DNA of 64,000 nt from Nitrospirota bacterium (GTDB taxonomy: Bacteria; Nitrospirota; UBA9217), in assembly GCA_963845065.1 (NCBI GenBank), contig CAWJQQ010000009.1, positions 96,001 through 160,000 on the forward strand, read 5' to 3'. Below, piece after piece: positions 1 through 10,817 of the stretch. A program made the position numbers and the translations under genes. Under the pieces are notes generated by a model. It did no database searches and had not been told where the DNA came from. It was given only the letters and a program-made list of their open reading frames with translations. Within the stretch, counting starts at the first letter, position 1; each line of letters starts with the position of its first letter.

Positions 1-104
1 CAACTCTCCCACTCTTTCCTGGCGACCATGGCGCCTTTCTTGAGAGCCACAATGCCTTCTCGAAAAACTGTTTGCAAATCTGCCTTCAATTCTGTCCATT
101 TCAT
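1..104 (-). CDS. Hypothetical protein, 5' part only (runs off the window edge)
   Basis: Open frame MKWTELKADLQTVFREGIVALKKGAMVARKEWES from ATG at 104. Translated by hand; not in the ORF track. Confidence 0.4.
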   Translation of the reverse strand, partial: MKWTELKADLQTVFREGIVALKKGAMVARKEWES

Positions 105-472
105 TCTACTAAGGTTGCTCATCACATCCTATCCTGTTCGCAGACCCATTTGCACGGCAACTACACCCTAGATTGTACGTCCGTCAATAGGCTCGAAATG
201 TTGGCAGGTCGCAGTGGAACGATCTTGTACATTTCCACTCAATGTACCTTCATGTTATCACCACTATCAGGTGAAGATGCTCCCGATTTCCCAATCGCCT
301 TGGGCTTTTTTACCCAGCGACATCCGACAATCAGCAGAGTGATAGCGAGAACGATATATTCCGGGGTAAATATGTTCATTGCCATCTCCACAACTTTTAT
401 TGAGGAGTTAAGCTGATGGTGGTCCCCAACGATTAGAACGTCGGCCCGTCTACGCTGGTGCCGCATGACAGT

Positions 473-1036
473 TTATTCGCCAATAACGACGAAGTCATCG
501 CGCCGATTTTTTTGCCAACAGGCTTCATCATGCTCGTTGCAAATCGGTTTTTCCTTGCCATAGCTTATAAGGGAGATCCGGTGCCCCGAAACACCTAGTT
601 CAGTCAGATACTTCTTTGCGCTCGTTGCACGACGTTGACCAAGCGCCTGATTGTACTCAACGGTGCCGCGTTCGTCACAATTCCCCTCGATCGTAACTTT
701 TACCTTTGGGTTTGCTTTGAGCCATTGCACATTCGACTTCATGACAGCCCTTGCGTCATCACGGATAAAGGACTTGTTGTAATCAAAATATATGGGCTTG
801 GGTCCTTCTGCCATCGCCCCGGCCTTTTCATTAGATCCTTCCGATTTCACCTCTGACGTCGCTTCTGCCGTCTTGGCTTCTGTCGTCGGAGCCTGTGTAG
901 TCATCGATGTTGATTTTTCTGCATTCGTTTGTGATTCCGGTGCCGTTGAAACTTCTGCCTTTTTTGGACAGCCCCACAAAGTAACAATGCCGACAAACAA
1001 TACAAATGTTAGTGTTATCAAACTTTTATGATTCAT
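473..1036 (-). CDS. pal: Peptidoglycan-associated lipoprotein Pal (OmpA-like C-terminal domain)
   Basis: Lipobox LWGC, motifs IYFDYNKS, IEGNCDERGTVEYNQALGQRRA, SYGKEKP and KNRR; GAGGAGG RBS upstream. Confidence 0.95.
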   Translation of the reverse strand: MNHKSLITLTFVLFVGIVTLWGCPKKAEVSTAPESQTNAEKSTSMTTQAPTTEAKTAEATSEVKSEGSNEKAGAMAEGPKPIYFDYNKSFIRDDARAVMKSNVQWLKANPKVKVTIEGNCDERGTVEYNQALGQRRATSAKKYLTELGVSGHRISLISYGKEKPICNEHDEACWQKNRRDDFVVIGE

Positions 1037-1448
1037 ATCGTTGTTCCTCCTCGTTTTATTGTAGTCGTCTAGCTCAGCCTTTTTTGCACCAGTAATGAAA
1101 CACGTAATAAAGTATTCTTTGCTATAATGCCCCGCGAGCGTATTAATAAAATCTGCTCTATTTTTACCCCGTCATTGTCATTTTTTTTGCTCCTTTCATG
1201 TATTTTCATATATTGTGAAGCTCCAGCTTAGGCTTAGGGCTTCTTCAATGGTACATGCAACAACTCTGCATGAACTAGGAAGGTTCCCGGTTCATCACCG
1301 GACAGAAGGTCAGATGATTTTGCAGCTTAATAAATGTATGACACTCGACTTACTGTACTTTTTGGTATAATAAGTAACTTTGCGATAGCCACTTCAAAGT
1401 TTAGGAAATTCTGCCGGGTATGCATCTGTAACCCGGTTTAAGATACTT

Positions 1449-1920
1449 CTATTCACCCAAAACGATGAAATCAGCGCGGCGGTTTTGTCGCAAGCAAGTT
1501 TCCTCATGTTCGCTGCAAATCAGTTTTCCTTTCCATTGCTAATGAACGAAATCCTTTTCCTCGAAATGCCAATACTTGTCATATATTTTATTGCGTTCGA
1601 TGCACGTCGCTTGCTGAGCGCCTTATTATGCTCCCGATCATCGCAATTCCCCTCGATACGAATTGTTGTTTTTGGATTTGCCTAAAGCCACTCAGCATTA
1701 GCTTTGATGGTGGCTTTGGCGTCACGGCGGATAACTGATTTGCCGAAATCAAAATGAATAGGCTTGAGGGCTTCTGCACTCTTGTCCGAAGTTTTTCCAT
1801 TTTCTTGCTGTATTTGTGCTTCTGGCACTGTTGTCAATTCAGCTTTTTTGGGACACCCCACACGGTAGCGCAAACGATCGGTAGAATAACTAACAAATAT
1901 AACAAATGCTTACGACCCAT
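1449..1920 (-). pseudogene. pal: Degenerate tandem paralogue of pal
   Basis: Reads MGRKHLL...WG/CPKKAEL...IHFDFGKS...AEWL*ANPKTTIRIEGNCDD...NRRADFIVLGE*. Frameshift near 1858, TAG at 1682-1684, second frameshift near 1525. Confidence 0.9.
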
Positions 1921-2228
1921 ATTGGAATCTCTCGTCGTTGTTCTTCCACATTTTTTGTCATTTAGCACCGTTTAACGGTTAAGACAAATCAATCGCAAGT
2001 ACTGATTGTCATGGCGGTAATGGCATAAGGGCGTTTTTCACCAGGCCAGGGCATACAATCTTAATTTTCTTAATATATAGATTCAGCTTTTTACTATCAT
2101 TTTTTGCCCATTTCATGTATTTGCTTTATAATAAATAAATGGAGTTCTAATTATTGACTTTTTGAAACCCTAAACCAATATTTAGTTTAATCGGAATATT
2201 ACTTTTTCATTGCATTCCATATTGTATG

Positions 2229-2262
2229 TGCTAAAATAGTTTGGATACAAACGTTATTAGCA
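2229..2262. promoter_or_regulatory. Nested inverted repeat, probable MarR operator
   Basis: TGCTAA-N4-GTTTG-N4-CAAAC-N4-TTAGCA, symmetric, about 45 bp upstream of the marR start. Confidence 0.55.
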
Positions 2263-2306
2263 TTTTTTTTCTGCTTTGTCAAGTCAATTGTGAGGAGGTT
2301 CTATCC

Positions 2307-2858
2307 TTGAGCAAGAGATCAGCTAAAGTCGCGGAAATTATCGATAATCTACGAAGGGTATTTCAAGTAGTTAATGAGCAGTCGAAGAAGGCCGAGCATG
2401 AGACTGGCCTTACCGGCCCCCAACTTTGGGCAATCAAAACCATAGCTCAGGAAGCGCCAATCATGGTTTCAGAGATTGCCAGGCGCATGTATCTTCACCC
2501 CACTACCGTGGTCGGTATTCTCGACCGCCTAGAAAAGCGGGGGTTTGTTGTAAGAATCCGCTCGACAGAGGATCGACGCGTGGTCAGGGTGGAATTAACC
2601 GAAAAGGGCCACGCATTGGTCAGGAAATCTCCAGAAGTGGCCCAGGGTCTCCTGGTATCCGGTCTTGAATCTTTGAACTCAAACAAGTTGGAAAATATCG
2701 CACGGGCACTCGACCAGATGGCAGAACTCCTTGGAGCGCAAAATATCCCTCCACAACTTATTTTATCTCCGGAGGTAAACAAGCCAGTTAAGACAATTGG
2801 TCGAATTGTGCAGGGGAAATATGTCGTAAGGCGGCGCTCAGCTAGAATAAAATCATGA
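2307..2858 (+). CDS. MarR family transcriptional regulator
   Basis: GLTGPQLW, wHTH (TVVGILDRLEKRG) and DRR motif. TTG start at 2307 follows a GAGGAGG RBS. Confidence 0.9.
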   Translation: MSKRSAKVAEIIDNLRRVFQVVNEQSKKAEHETGLTGPQLWAIKTIAQEAPIMVSEIARRMYLHPTTVVGILDRLEKRGFVVRIRSTEDRRVVRVELTEKGHALVRKSPEVAQGLLVSGLESLNSNKLENIARALDQMAELLGAQNIPPQLILSPEVNKPVKTIGRIVQGKYVVRRRSARIKS

Positions 2859-3149
2859 TGGAAAGAGATAAAGAGAAAATAGTGTCGATCAAATGACCGC
2901 TCCTGTTTACACTGCTTGCCTCTTCCTTCGCGCTCGGCGTATTCTTGGGTGCCGGAATGGGCGTGTTCAACTCACCTACGGCAAGTAGAGGTGAAGCTGT
3001 AATCCTGAAACCACTACGGTTCCAGGAGGAATGGTCATAGGCAAAAACCTTAATCGCTGGAACGAGGAAGATATCGACTATCACTATTTTCTGCTGTTTG
3101 GTTCCCGAAGTAACAGGGTCGTATCGGTCAGCTGGAAGGCAAACAAATC

Positions 3150-3563
3150 TCAGTCAAAACCGATGTCATCGAGCATGGCCGTACCCGCGCTTCCGCCATT
3201 AAAGAGAAAATCAATTTTCTTCAAGTTTGTCAAATCAAGCTTTTGTTGGCGTTCAGAAAAAAGTGACAGAGGAATTGACACAGTTCGTAATACTATTACT
3301 GGTGATGGTTGTTCAAGTAAACTGAGTCTTGTAAGAGTGACGTGGAGAAGCCGTTGAAGCGTAATAACACTGTTCAAAGGTAATCGCGATACTCTTCCCT
3401 GCACATCAGTAAGTTGAATGCTTATATCCGGCATTACCCGCTGATCGGGACAATAAATCGAAAACGTGAACCTGTTCTTCGGTTTTATCTTCATGGTCCC
3501 TGTTCCCATTCCCGGTACCCTGAACCCGAGCATCGGAGTCTCTCTTTTGCCGGAAACGGGCAC
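3150..3563 (-). pseudogene. C-terminal fragment of a larger, probably secreted hydrolase-associated protein
   Basis: Ends in a beta-sandwich-like tail (LDLTNLKKIDFLFNGGSAGTAMLDDIGF); no credible N-terminus or RBS. Confidence 0.45.
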
Positions 3564-3683
3564 AGCGGTTTGAAGCTGGCGAAAGATTGATCATCGAGAC
3601 CGTTTAATAATTTATTTTTGCTTATTTTTTCTGTATACAAGGTTGGTTAAGTGACAATTTTGAGATTTATAAAGGAGGCTATC

Positions 3684-4166
3684 ATGAAAAGACTTGTAAT
3701 AATGATGGAGTTCAGGTTATTGGCAATATCCTTGTTTGTTGCCACCGTGATCCTTGCTGCGTGTCAAAGCGGTCCGCCACAGGTCAGCATTGATGGGGCT
3801 AAAGCTGAATTATCTTCCAGCATCGTGGGTGAAGCTATGGTTACCATGAATATCAAGAACCAAGGTGGAACTGATGTTATCACGGGAATAAAAACTGACA
3901 TACCAGGAGCGAAAGTTTCTTTCCATATTATGCAGGGTGAGCGTATGGTGAATGTGGACACCGTAGAAATCCACGCGAAAAGCAATCTGGAATTTAAGAT
4001 GGGTGGAAGCCACATCATGATTGAGGATATGCCAAAGACAATGCAGGCAGGTTCAAAAATCAATATAACTCTGGTATTTCAGAAATCGGGAGAGAAGCAG
4101 CTATCACTGATGCTCCAAGGAGCTAGTGATATGCATATGAATCATGAGCGCCACATGAACATGTAA
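3684..4166 (+). CDS. Copper chaperone PCu(A)C lipoprotein
   Basis: Lipobox LAAC, H-x6-M...GGSHIM copper motif, His/Met-rich tail, AAGGAGG RBS. Confidence 0.88.
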   Translation: MKRLVIMMEFRLLAISLFVATVILAACQSGPPQVSIDGAKAELSSSIVGEAMVTMNIKNQGGTDVITGIKTDIPGAKVSFHIMQGERMVNVDTVEIHAKSNLEFKMGGSHIMIEDMPKTMQAGSKINITLVFQKSGEKQLSLMLQGASDMHMNHERHMNM

Positions 4167-4448
4167 TGAAATGGTAACCGACCAGTTCTTTAAGATAGTT
4201 TTAAACTCGGAGAAAGAGAAGATGAAGATTATTTTAATGGCATTCCTCTTCTTTCTGCTTCCGTTGGGTACAACGATATCGATAGCTCATGTAAGGGATA
4301 TAATACTGGTAAATCAATAAGGGTTGATAATTGAAGTGGTGCCAAGATCGAAAGCTACAACAACTTTTAGCATCTATGTTGCCTTTTCACCGATATCGAC
4401 CTGAAGTAGCAGCTCAAGGATAAGCTGATAGCACACATCCGGACAAGC

Positions 4449-6302
4449 ATGGCCAGGACATACCAGAAATCAAAGATGGGAAATAAAACAGCCCAAATGA
4501 ATGTACAAGAGCTTAAGCAGTACGGAACTCTTTTCCGTCTAGCCCAAAGAACTTTAGTGAAACAACTACCGATTTTGGGGTGGGGTTTTTGGCTCTCAGC
4601 GCCCCTGGTTTTAATGGTGCTACTTTGCGGCTCTGGATGCGGATCAGCGAACGCTGTTGAGACTCAGCTTACTACTTCCAGCACTGCAAGTTCGAGTGTG
4701 CTGGAGCTTAGCTCCGAAGGGCAAGCTTGGCTAGGCGCTACCATCAGCCGTGGCAATTTCCCAGACTTGCGTTGGCCTGATTTCAGCGATTACAGTAAGT
4801 ACGTAAATGAATTCTACGAGTTCAATGTTAATTCATTGTGGTGGGTAAAGGGAATGGAGCCGACCACACAGGCGCGGCAGGTGATCGCGCTGTTGCTTAA
4901 GGCCGACGAAAAGGGGCTCTCCGCGGAAGACTACGACGGATCTCGGTGGAACGATAGGCTGGCAAAACTAAAACCTGTTACGCAGCAGCCGACCGAGGGG
5001 GATGCTGTGAAATTCGATCTCGCCCTCACGGTGTGCGCGATGAGGTATATCTCCGACCTCCATATTGGCAAGGTAAATCCAAAGCATTTCGCCTTCGCTT
5101 ACGATGATGAGTCTAAGAAATATGATATGGCGAAATTTCTAAAAGACCACATTGTCGATGAGAGTGACATTGCTGGCGTCCTGGCTCAAGTGGAGCCGCC
5201 CTATCCCGGTTACTGGCGCACGATTCAAGCCCTGCAAACGTATCTCGAACTTGCGAGAAAAGATAACGAGGAGCAGTTCCCGCTCGTGAAAAAAACGATT
5301 GTGCCTGGCGATTCCTATCCTGGCGTCGCACGGCTCACGCGACTTCTCCGGCTGGTTGGCGACCTTCCAGCTGATGTCAATGTTCCGGCTGATCAAACCA
5401 CTTACACGGGTGCCCTGGTGGACGCTGTAAAGAGTTTTCAACGCCGCCATGGCCGAGATCCAAACGGTCGAATTAATAATCAAACTCTGGCTGACTTGAA
5501 TGTTCCTCTGAGCCGTCGCGTTCGACAAATGCAACTGACCCTTGAGCGATGGCGGTGGTTGCCAGATGCGTATCAAAAAGAACCCATCGTGGTCAATATC
5601 CCCGAGTTTCGCCTCCGTGCTTATGACAAAGATAACAATATAGGTGTGATGATGAACGTCGTGGTTGGCAAAGCGTACGACCATGAGACCCCGGTATTTA
5701 GTGACACTATGGAGTACATCGTTTTCCGCCCCTACTGGGAGGTGCCATATTCCATTATCAGAGATGAAATGATTCCGCACATTGATCGCGATCCCAGCTA
5801 CTTGGCGAAGAATGGATTCGAGATTGTGGACGGAAGGCAAAACGTCGTATCGATGGGGACGGTTACGAACGAATTGCTCGGACAACTCCTGGCCGAGAAG
5901 CTTTTCATCCGGCAAAAGCCGGGCCCAAAGAACGCCCTTGGACTTGTGAAATTTGTTTTTCCAAACAGCTACAGCGTATACATGCATGACACTCCGACCA
6001 CAATACTCTTCGCGAAGTCCCGGCGGGATTTCAGCCACGGCTGTATCCGTGTGGAGAAGCCCGCTGATCTCGCTGCGTGGGTCCTGCGCGACAATCCCGG
6101 CTGGACACCTGAACGTATTCGCGGGGCTATGAATGGCCAAGCGACCAAGCAGGTGAATCTCGCGCACCCGCTTCCGGTCTTGATCGTCTATGCTACTGTC
6201 ATCGTACAGAAGGATGGGGTGGTCCACTTCTACGATGATATCTACGGTCACGACGCAGCCCTGGAGAAGAGCCTTGCGAATGGCTACCCGTATCCCTGGT
6301 GA
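4449..6302 (+). CDS. L,D-transpeptidase, YcbB/LdtD type with peptidoglycan-binding domain
   Basis: AVKSFQRRHG PG-binding segment, VNIPEF, RQKPGPKNALG, YMHDTP and catalytic SHGCIRV. The true start may be downstream. Confidence 0.92.
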   Translation: MARTYQKSKMGNKTAQMNVQELKQYGTLFRLAQRTLVKQLPILGWGFWLSAPLVLMVLLCGSGCGSANAVETQLTTSSTASSSVLELSSEGQAWLGATISRGNFPDLRWPDFSDYSKYVNEFYEFNVNSLWWVKGMEPTTQARQVIALLLKADEKGLSAEDYDGSRWNDRLAKLKPVTQQPTEGDAVKFDLALTVCAMRYISDLHIGKVNPKHFAFAYDDESKKYDMAKFLKDHIVDESDIAGVLAQVEPPYPGYWRTIQALQTYLELARKDNEEQFPLVKKTIVPGDSYPGVARLTRLLRLVGDLPADVNVPADQTTYTGALVDAVKSFQRRHGRDPNGRINNQTLADLNVPLSRRVRQMQLTLERWRWLPDAYQKEPIVVNIPEFRLRAYDKDNNIGVMMNVVVGKAYDHETPVFSDTMEYIVFRPYWEVPYSIIRDEMIPHIDRDPSYLAKNGFEIVDGRQNVVSMGTVTNELLGQLLAEKLFIRQKPGPKNALGLVKFVFPNSYSVYMHDTPTTILFAKSRRDFSHGCIRVEKPADLAAWVLRDNPGWTPERIRGAMNGQATKQVNLAHPLPVLIVYATVIVQKDGVVHFYDDIYGHDAALEKSLANGYPYPW

Positions 6303-6375
6303 GAGCTTCTTCGATGGAGAATTTTAGGTGGATGCCCAGTAATAACTCGACTCAGCAGTTAATAGAGATGAAATA

Positions 6376-7619
6376 ATGCTAAAGAGAATTTTGCTGTTTG
6401 CGCCCGCGGCTTTCAATCTCGCGGAGACCACGCGAATGATCGAAATCGCCAAGGGAATCGTTGCCCACGATACCGCAAACAAGATATTTGAAATTCAATT
6501 CATTTCTGATGGCGGCGACTTTGAGCATTTGATAGAAGCAGAGGGGTTTACTCTTCAGAAGATGGAACCCAGACTCACTGCAGAAAAGATTGAACACATA
6601 GCACGCGTGGATAGAGGGGAGCGATTTGCGCCAGCTTTCTCCAAAGGAGAGATGGTCCAGCGAATCGAAAACGAGATCGCATACCTAAAGTCATTAAGAC
6701 CCTCGGTTGTACTGACCGGTTCTTATCTAACTATTCCTGTGACTTGCCGCATACTGAACATCCCGCTCGTATGGGTAATTCAGTCAACGTGGATGGAGCC
6801 GTTCTTTTCCACGGGAGCAGGGATGACCGATGGCATAAAGCCCAAGATTCTGAAACGCCTCGCTGACCTATTAGTCCTTGCATTCATTAATTACTGGATA
6901 CGATACGGTTTTCTAGGCCCTGTAAATACGGCGGCCAAGCATTTTGGTGTCCAAGGGTATGCATCCATTTTTTTAACTTCTGGCATGGAGATGTCACATT
7001 CGTTGCGGAACCCGCAGAATTCTCAGGAACGACACTTCCGCCCGGTTACTTTTATATCGGTCCTCTGATCGCGAGAAAGAATTTTCCTATACCGGATGTA
7101 GTCAAGTTTGTTCCACGGGATAAACCTCTGATCTATTTTGCAATGGGAAGTTCCGGGACCCCGGAGATCGTTGCAAAGATCCTCGAAAGCTTTGAAGGAA
7201 AACCGTATCGCGTGATTGCCCCGATCAAATTTCAACTGGATCGGTTTGAGGGAGTGAAAATTCCAACCAATGTCATTGTGACGGAATGGCTGCCTGCTCT
7301 CGAGGTAAATAAGATGGCAGACCTTTCTCTAATTCATGGGGGTATTGGAACCGTAATGACAGCCGCCTATGCTGGGAAGCCCGTGGTCGGCGTTGGTATG
7401 CAGCTTGAGCAGGTTGCAAATCTTGCGTGCCTTGTGCGAAAGGGGTTTGCGATTAGAGTACCAAAATCAAAAAATCCCTCTAAGAAGGTGCAGGAGGCCA
7501 TTCGGCTTCTTCTGCAAGACAAAGACGCAAAGAGTAAAGCTGAGGCATTTACCAAAGTCATGGAAAGATGGAACGGCCCAAAGACGGCAGCAGACCTCAT
7601 ACTGAAAAAGTTCGGGTGA
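6376..7619 (+). pseudogene. GT-B fold family 1 (MGT/UGT-like) glycosyltransferase split by a frameshift
   Basis: ORFs 6376-7068 and 7143-7619 join across a T7 run at 6968-6974. The C-terminal half has WLP...HGGIGT...GKP...EQ. Confidence 0.85.
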
Positions 7620-8102
7620 GGATGTTGTATGGCAAGCGAAACAGGCAGACATGCGATTTTGCGAGAGGTCCTCTTGTGAAAGGCTGAACCACAGGCTCTC
7701 AGGAATAAAGAGATGTATCCGTATCAAAGTGGTGGACGGTAGCGGCGACAGAGTTGTTTGGATCGCACTCGTTTGGCGTCCTACGTTATCAATAAAACGA
7801 TGGGGTAATATTATATGGGAATGCGATGCAAGATTCGAGTCCAAAGTTTATGAGTTGCAAAGAACGGCGACGACAAGAACTACAGGATGTTGCTGTTGAC
7901 AGAAGGCATTATCACAACATGCAATGATACAAATAATATTTCTCACCTCGATCAAAATTGGGATCTCTGTGAGGTTCTACAAGTCTGAATTACCAAAATT
8001 GTGATAAGGGGAATAAAACTGGATATATTCTTGACTGAAAACTTCACTCGGCATTCTTATAACTCACAATAATCCCGCGCGATACGACGAGTTCCCGATC
8101 AA

Positions 8103-9146
8103 TCATTCTGTGAACTCATGTGTTAGAAATCCCCGATATGGTGTCGGGGCATCTGCAAGCTTAGACCAGAAGCCTTCATCATTTGCGAGGCCAGAGGCAT
8201 GATCGATTGCCGCAGTGATATCTCCCTTTAAACACTTACGAGTGCTCAAGCTTGAAATCGGATTCGTCGGTGTCAGGAAAACAATGCGCCGCGGAACATG
8301 ATTATTTTTTTGATCACCTAAGAGTGCTTTTTGCACGTTGTTGAGAATTTTTTTCAGTTTTTTATCTCCACGATTATTAAGTGGCTGGACATTACTGAAA
8401 GCTGAGCAAGGATTGTTTTCAACCAATTTGTATCCGCGATAAATCCCCTGTCTGATAGCACGAATTTCCAAAAGGTCGTTACCAAATTCAACCCTTAAGA
8501 TTAAGCGAAGATACCATGGCAGACGTCCAGTATCCGCATACGTGTTGCGGCATAGGCGACTATTTGACAGAATGAAAATTGTGTCGCACTTGGCTTTGAT
8601 CGCTTCTCCTAGAACGAATGTTCCGCCATCCGAATGCCATTCCCCGTTAATCATTACCGGCGGCAAGAATCCTTGTAAACCGATAGCGGCAAGCATCACC
8701 TGTTTCAGTAAATTTGGATTTTGACGTAAGTTTGGATCATGATTAGAAAAAATCTGGTGCCTTAACTTATTTTCGTTGTAGGTTACAATTTGAAATTCAA
8801 TCGGCGACGCAACAATCGCTTCCATATCGAGCTTCTCTACCAAATATTTAGATACACCATCATTAGAAAAAAGATTCGGCCCTTTGAAATTTTTAAAAAA
8901 CCCCATTAAACTGTGCCCGAAGATCTTTTTTGCTCCGAGTTGCTCAGTTTCCTTCCATTTTTTTTCTAAGGCTTCAACATCCCAATTGCTACCGATGAGA
9001 TCGCCACCAGAGAACACCCCGACTGAAACGCTTTGGACAAAGACCGGTTTAATTCCCTTAGCCTCCAATGCTTTGATAAAGCCAACGCCGTAAGCCCCAG
9101 TGAAACCTCCCCCGTTTAAAATTATGCCGACTTTACCAAGATCCAT
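8103..9146 (-). CDS. Patatin-like phospholipase
   Basis: GGGFTG oxyanion loop, nucleophile elbow SVSVG (variant of GxSxG), DGG motif; AT-rich. Alternative start at 9179. Confidence 0.85.
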   Translation of the reverse strand: MDLGKVGIILNGGGFTGAYGVGFIKALEAKGIKPVFVQSVSVGVFSGGDLIGSNWDVEALEKKWKETEQLGAKKIFGHSLMGFFKNFKGPNLFSNDGVSKYLVEKLDMEAIVASPIEFQIVTYNENKLRHQIFSNHDPNLRQNPNLLKQVMLAAIGLQGFLPPVMINGEWHSDGGTFVLGEAIKAKCDTIFILSNSRLCRNTYADTGRLPWYLRLILRVEFGNDLLEIRAIRQGIYRGYKLVENNPCSAFSNVQPLNNRGDKKLKKILNNVQKALLGDQKNNHVPRRIVFLTPTNPISSLSTRKCLKGDITAAIDHASGLANDEGFWSKLADAPTPYRGFLTHEFTE

Positions 9147-9675
9147 AATCGCAACTTCCTTTGTTCCCAGAATGCTCATTCTGAGAAATCATGTTTAAAT
9201 TCATTGATATTTGTATAATTTTATGTTTATCGGATATATATCCCAATTATTTTATTATTTCACATTATTTATTGCTGCAATTTAAATGCCACCACGCTGC
9301 ATTCTTAACTTCTTGTTTTTATTTAAAGTCGCTGTACACGTTACAAAAAAAAACGAAAAAAAATTCTCATATGGGTAATTTAAGTAACATTGTGAATATT
9401 CACAAATCATATAATTAAAATTGACCACTAATGGCTGCAACAGCGAGTCTACACGTCATTTAAATAATGTCGATCTCGGCCCCACCTTGGGTTTTGGCAT
9501 AGACACTTAGGATAGCGAGGCTACAACAAGTGTTGCACTTTGCTATAAATCCGGTGTCGGTTAAAAAGTGATATATTTATAATAATTGTCGTCAGCCATA
9601 ACTGGTCAACCATCCCAAGCAGTCAGCATGCCAGATGGGTACAATCTTCGACCATGATACGGAGAGATAAGGAGC

Positions 9676-10019
9676 ATGCGCCAAATTAAAGATGAGATCT
9701 GGACTCGGCTGTTGCCTGATACAGAGCGTCTGATAGACACATCGACGTGGTTACGAAGAGGTGGCAATGGATCGTCTTCGATGACGAGAACCAGATCAAG
9801 ATACTTGCCGGAAAACTGGCGCCTTTTATCGATGCCGGTGAGATTGTGAGCGCAAAATACTGGAACGGTAATCCCAGTGCAATCAACGTCTATTCGCTTG
9901 ATCAGGACCGTTGGAAGACCAGGAGAATCCTTAAAAACCTCGGTGCACTCAACTACAACTTCCGTATATTCTTATCGTGGATGATTTCTTACATCTTTAG
10001 GGATCGAATTGATTTTTGA
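9676..10019 (+). pseudogene. Frameshifted hypothetical protein
   Basis: AAGGAG RBS and ATG at 9676 (MRQIKDEIWTRLL...) shift near 9765 into ORF 9747-10019 (WIVFDDENQIK...). Confidence 0.45.
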
Positions 10020-10137
10020 CGGTTTTTAGGGTAGTTACAATTAGAACCGGTGATTAATTCCGCATAGGCAACGCGGAGAGCGTCAACCGGCATTAGCACC
10101 AGTGAATGGTTAGGTGTGCCGTTTCATATCATTTTTT

Positions 10138-10527
10138 TCAGGTGTCCTCTCGACCCGCTTTGTTCAAGACCTGCTTGCGAATCTCGTCACGCAGATAATC
10201 CAGCAACTCCTGAGGACTCAGACCTCTCCGTTGGGTCTCGATTCTGACCCAATTTAACAACAACAATCGCCGGGGAAGCAACATGCCATCAGTGCCAAGG
10301 GCTAGAGTAGTACCGCAAGGACAATTAGCCAGCGCGACGGACCCGATTGGTTGCATGGTGTTCCAATGGTCCAATTCTGCGTCGTAGGACATGGACTGCC
10401 CAAGACGTTTGGTGATCAGTATATACTCCCGGAGCGTGGTAAAACGCCGGTTACAATTGGGGTAGACCTTGGGGAAAAGTCCTTCAAAGTGTTCGCACAG
10501 AGTCTTGATAACTTCAATTTCAGTCAT
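10138..10527 (-). CDS. Hypothetical protein with a possible metal-binding Cys cluster
   Basis: 129 aa with FPKVYPNCNRR and NCPCGTTL; the first expected Cys appears as Tyr. Confidence 0.65.
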   Translation of the reverse strand: MTEIEVIKTLCEHFEGLFPKVYPNCNRRFTTLREYILITKRLGQSMSYDAELDHWNTMQPIGSVALANCPCGTTLALGTDGMLLPRRLLLLNWVRIETQRRGLSPQELLDYLRDEIRKQVLNKAGREDT

Positions 10528-10817
10528 AGTGGTAATAGTTGAGGCCTGGTCAATATGTAATTACAGCCGCGATTCACAAAATATATTCTACGAACGTTAT
10601 GCGTTTAAAACAACTTTATCTGTGATAAATATATTCTCAATGCGATATGATGTCAATAATAGTGAATGGGTCGAATGGGTAAAATTTTGTCAGAAGTGCT
10701 AACGAATACGAGTTGTAAATTGCACTATTGCAAAAAATGTAACCTCGTTTGCTACAGGATGAATACCGCAATTTAAAAAAGATGAAACCGTCGCGGACTT
10801 CAGAGTATATCATACTT

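Noticed and set aside
1..104. Resemblance of the edge ORF (ALKKGAMVARKEW) to DUF2829/Tad2
   Set aside because: Only 34 residues are visible, the match is short, and there is no phage context.
2874..3140. In-frame TGA (IK*PLL) as another selenocysteine codon
   Set aside because: No redox motif or SECIS-like hairpin, and additional stops follow; more likely a decayed gene.
5139..6251. Long antisense ORF (370 aa) and similar shadow ORFs such as 58973-59848 and 30564-31262
   Set aside because: They lie opposite well-supported genes and show no recognisable motifs.
8103..9179. Patatin as part of a CBASS system
   Set aside because: No CD-NTase or cap genes nearby.
10040..10120. attC-like site after the 10138-10527 gene (ACCTAAC on the minus strand)
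   Set aside because: No matching GTTRRRY end or full bottom-strand hairpin, and no integron integrase in the window.
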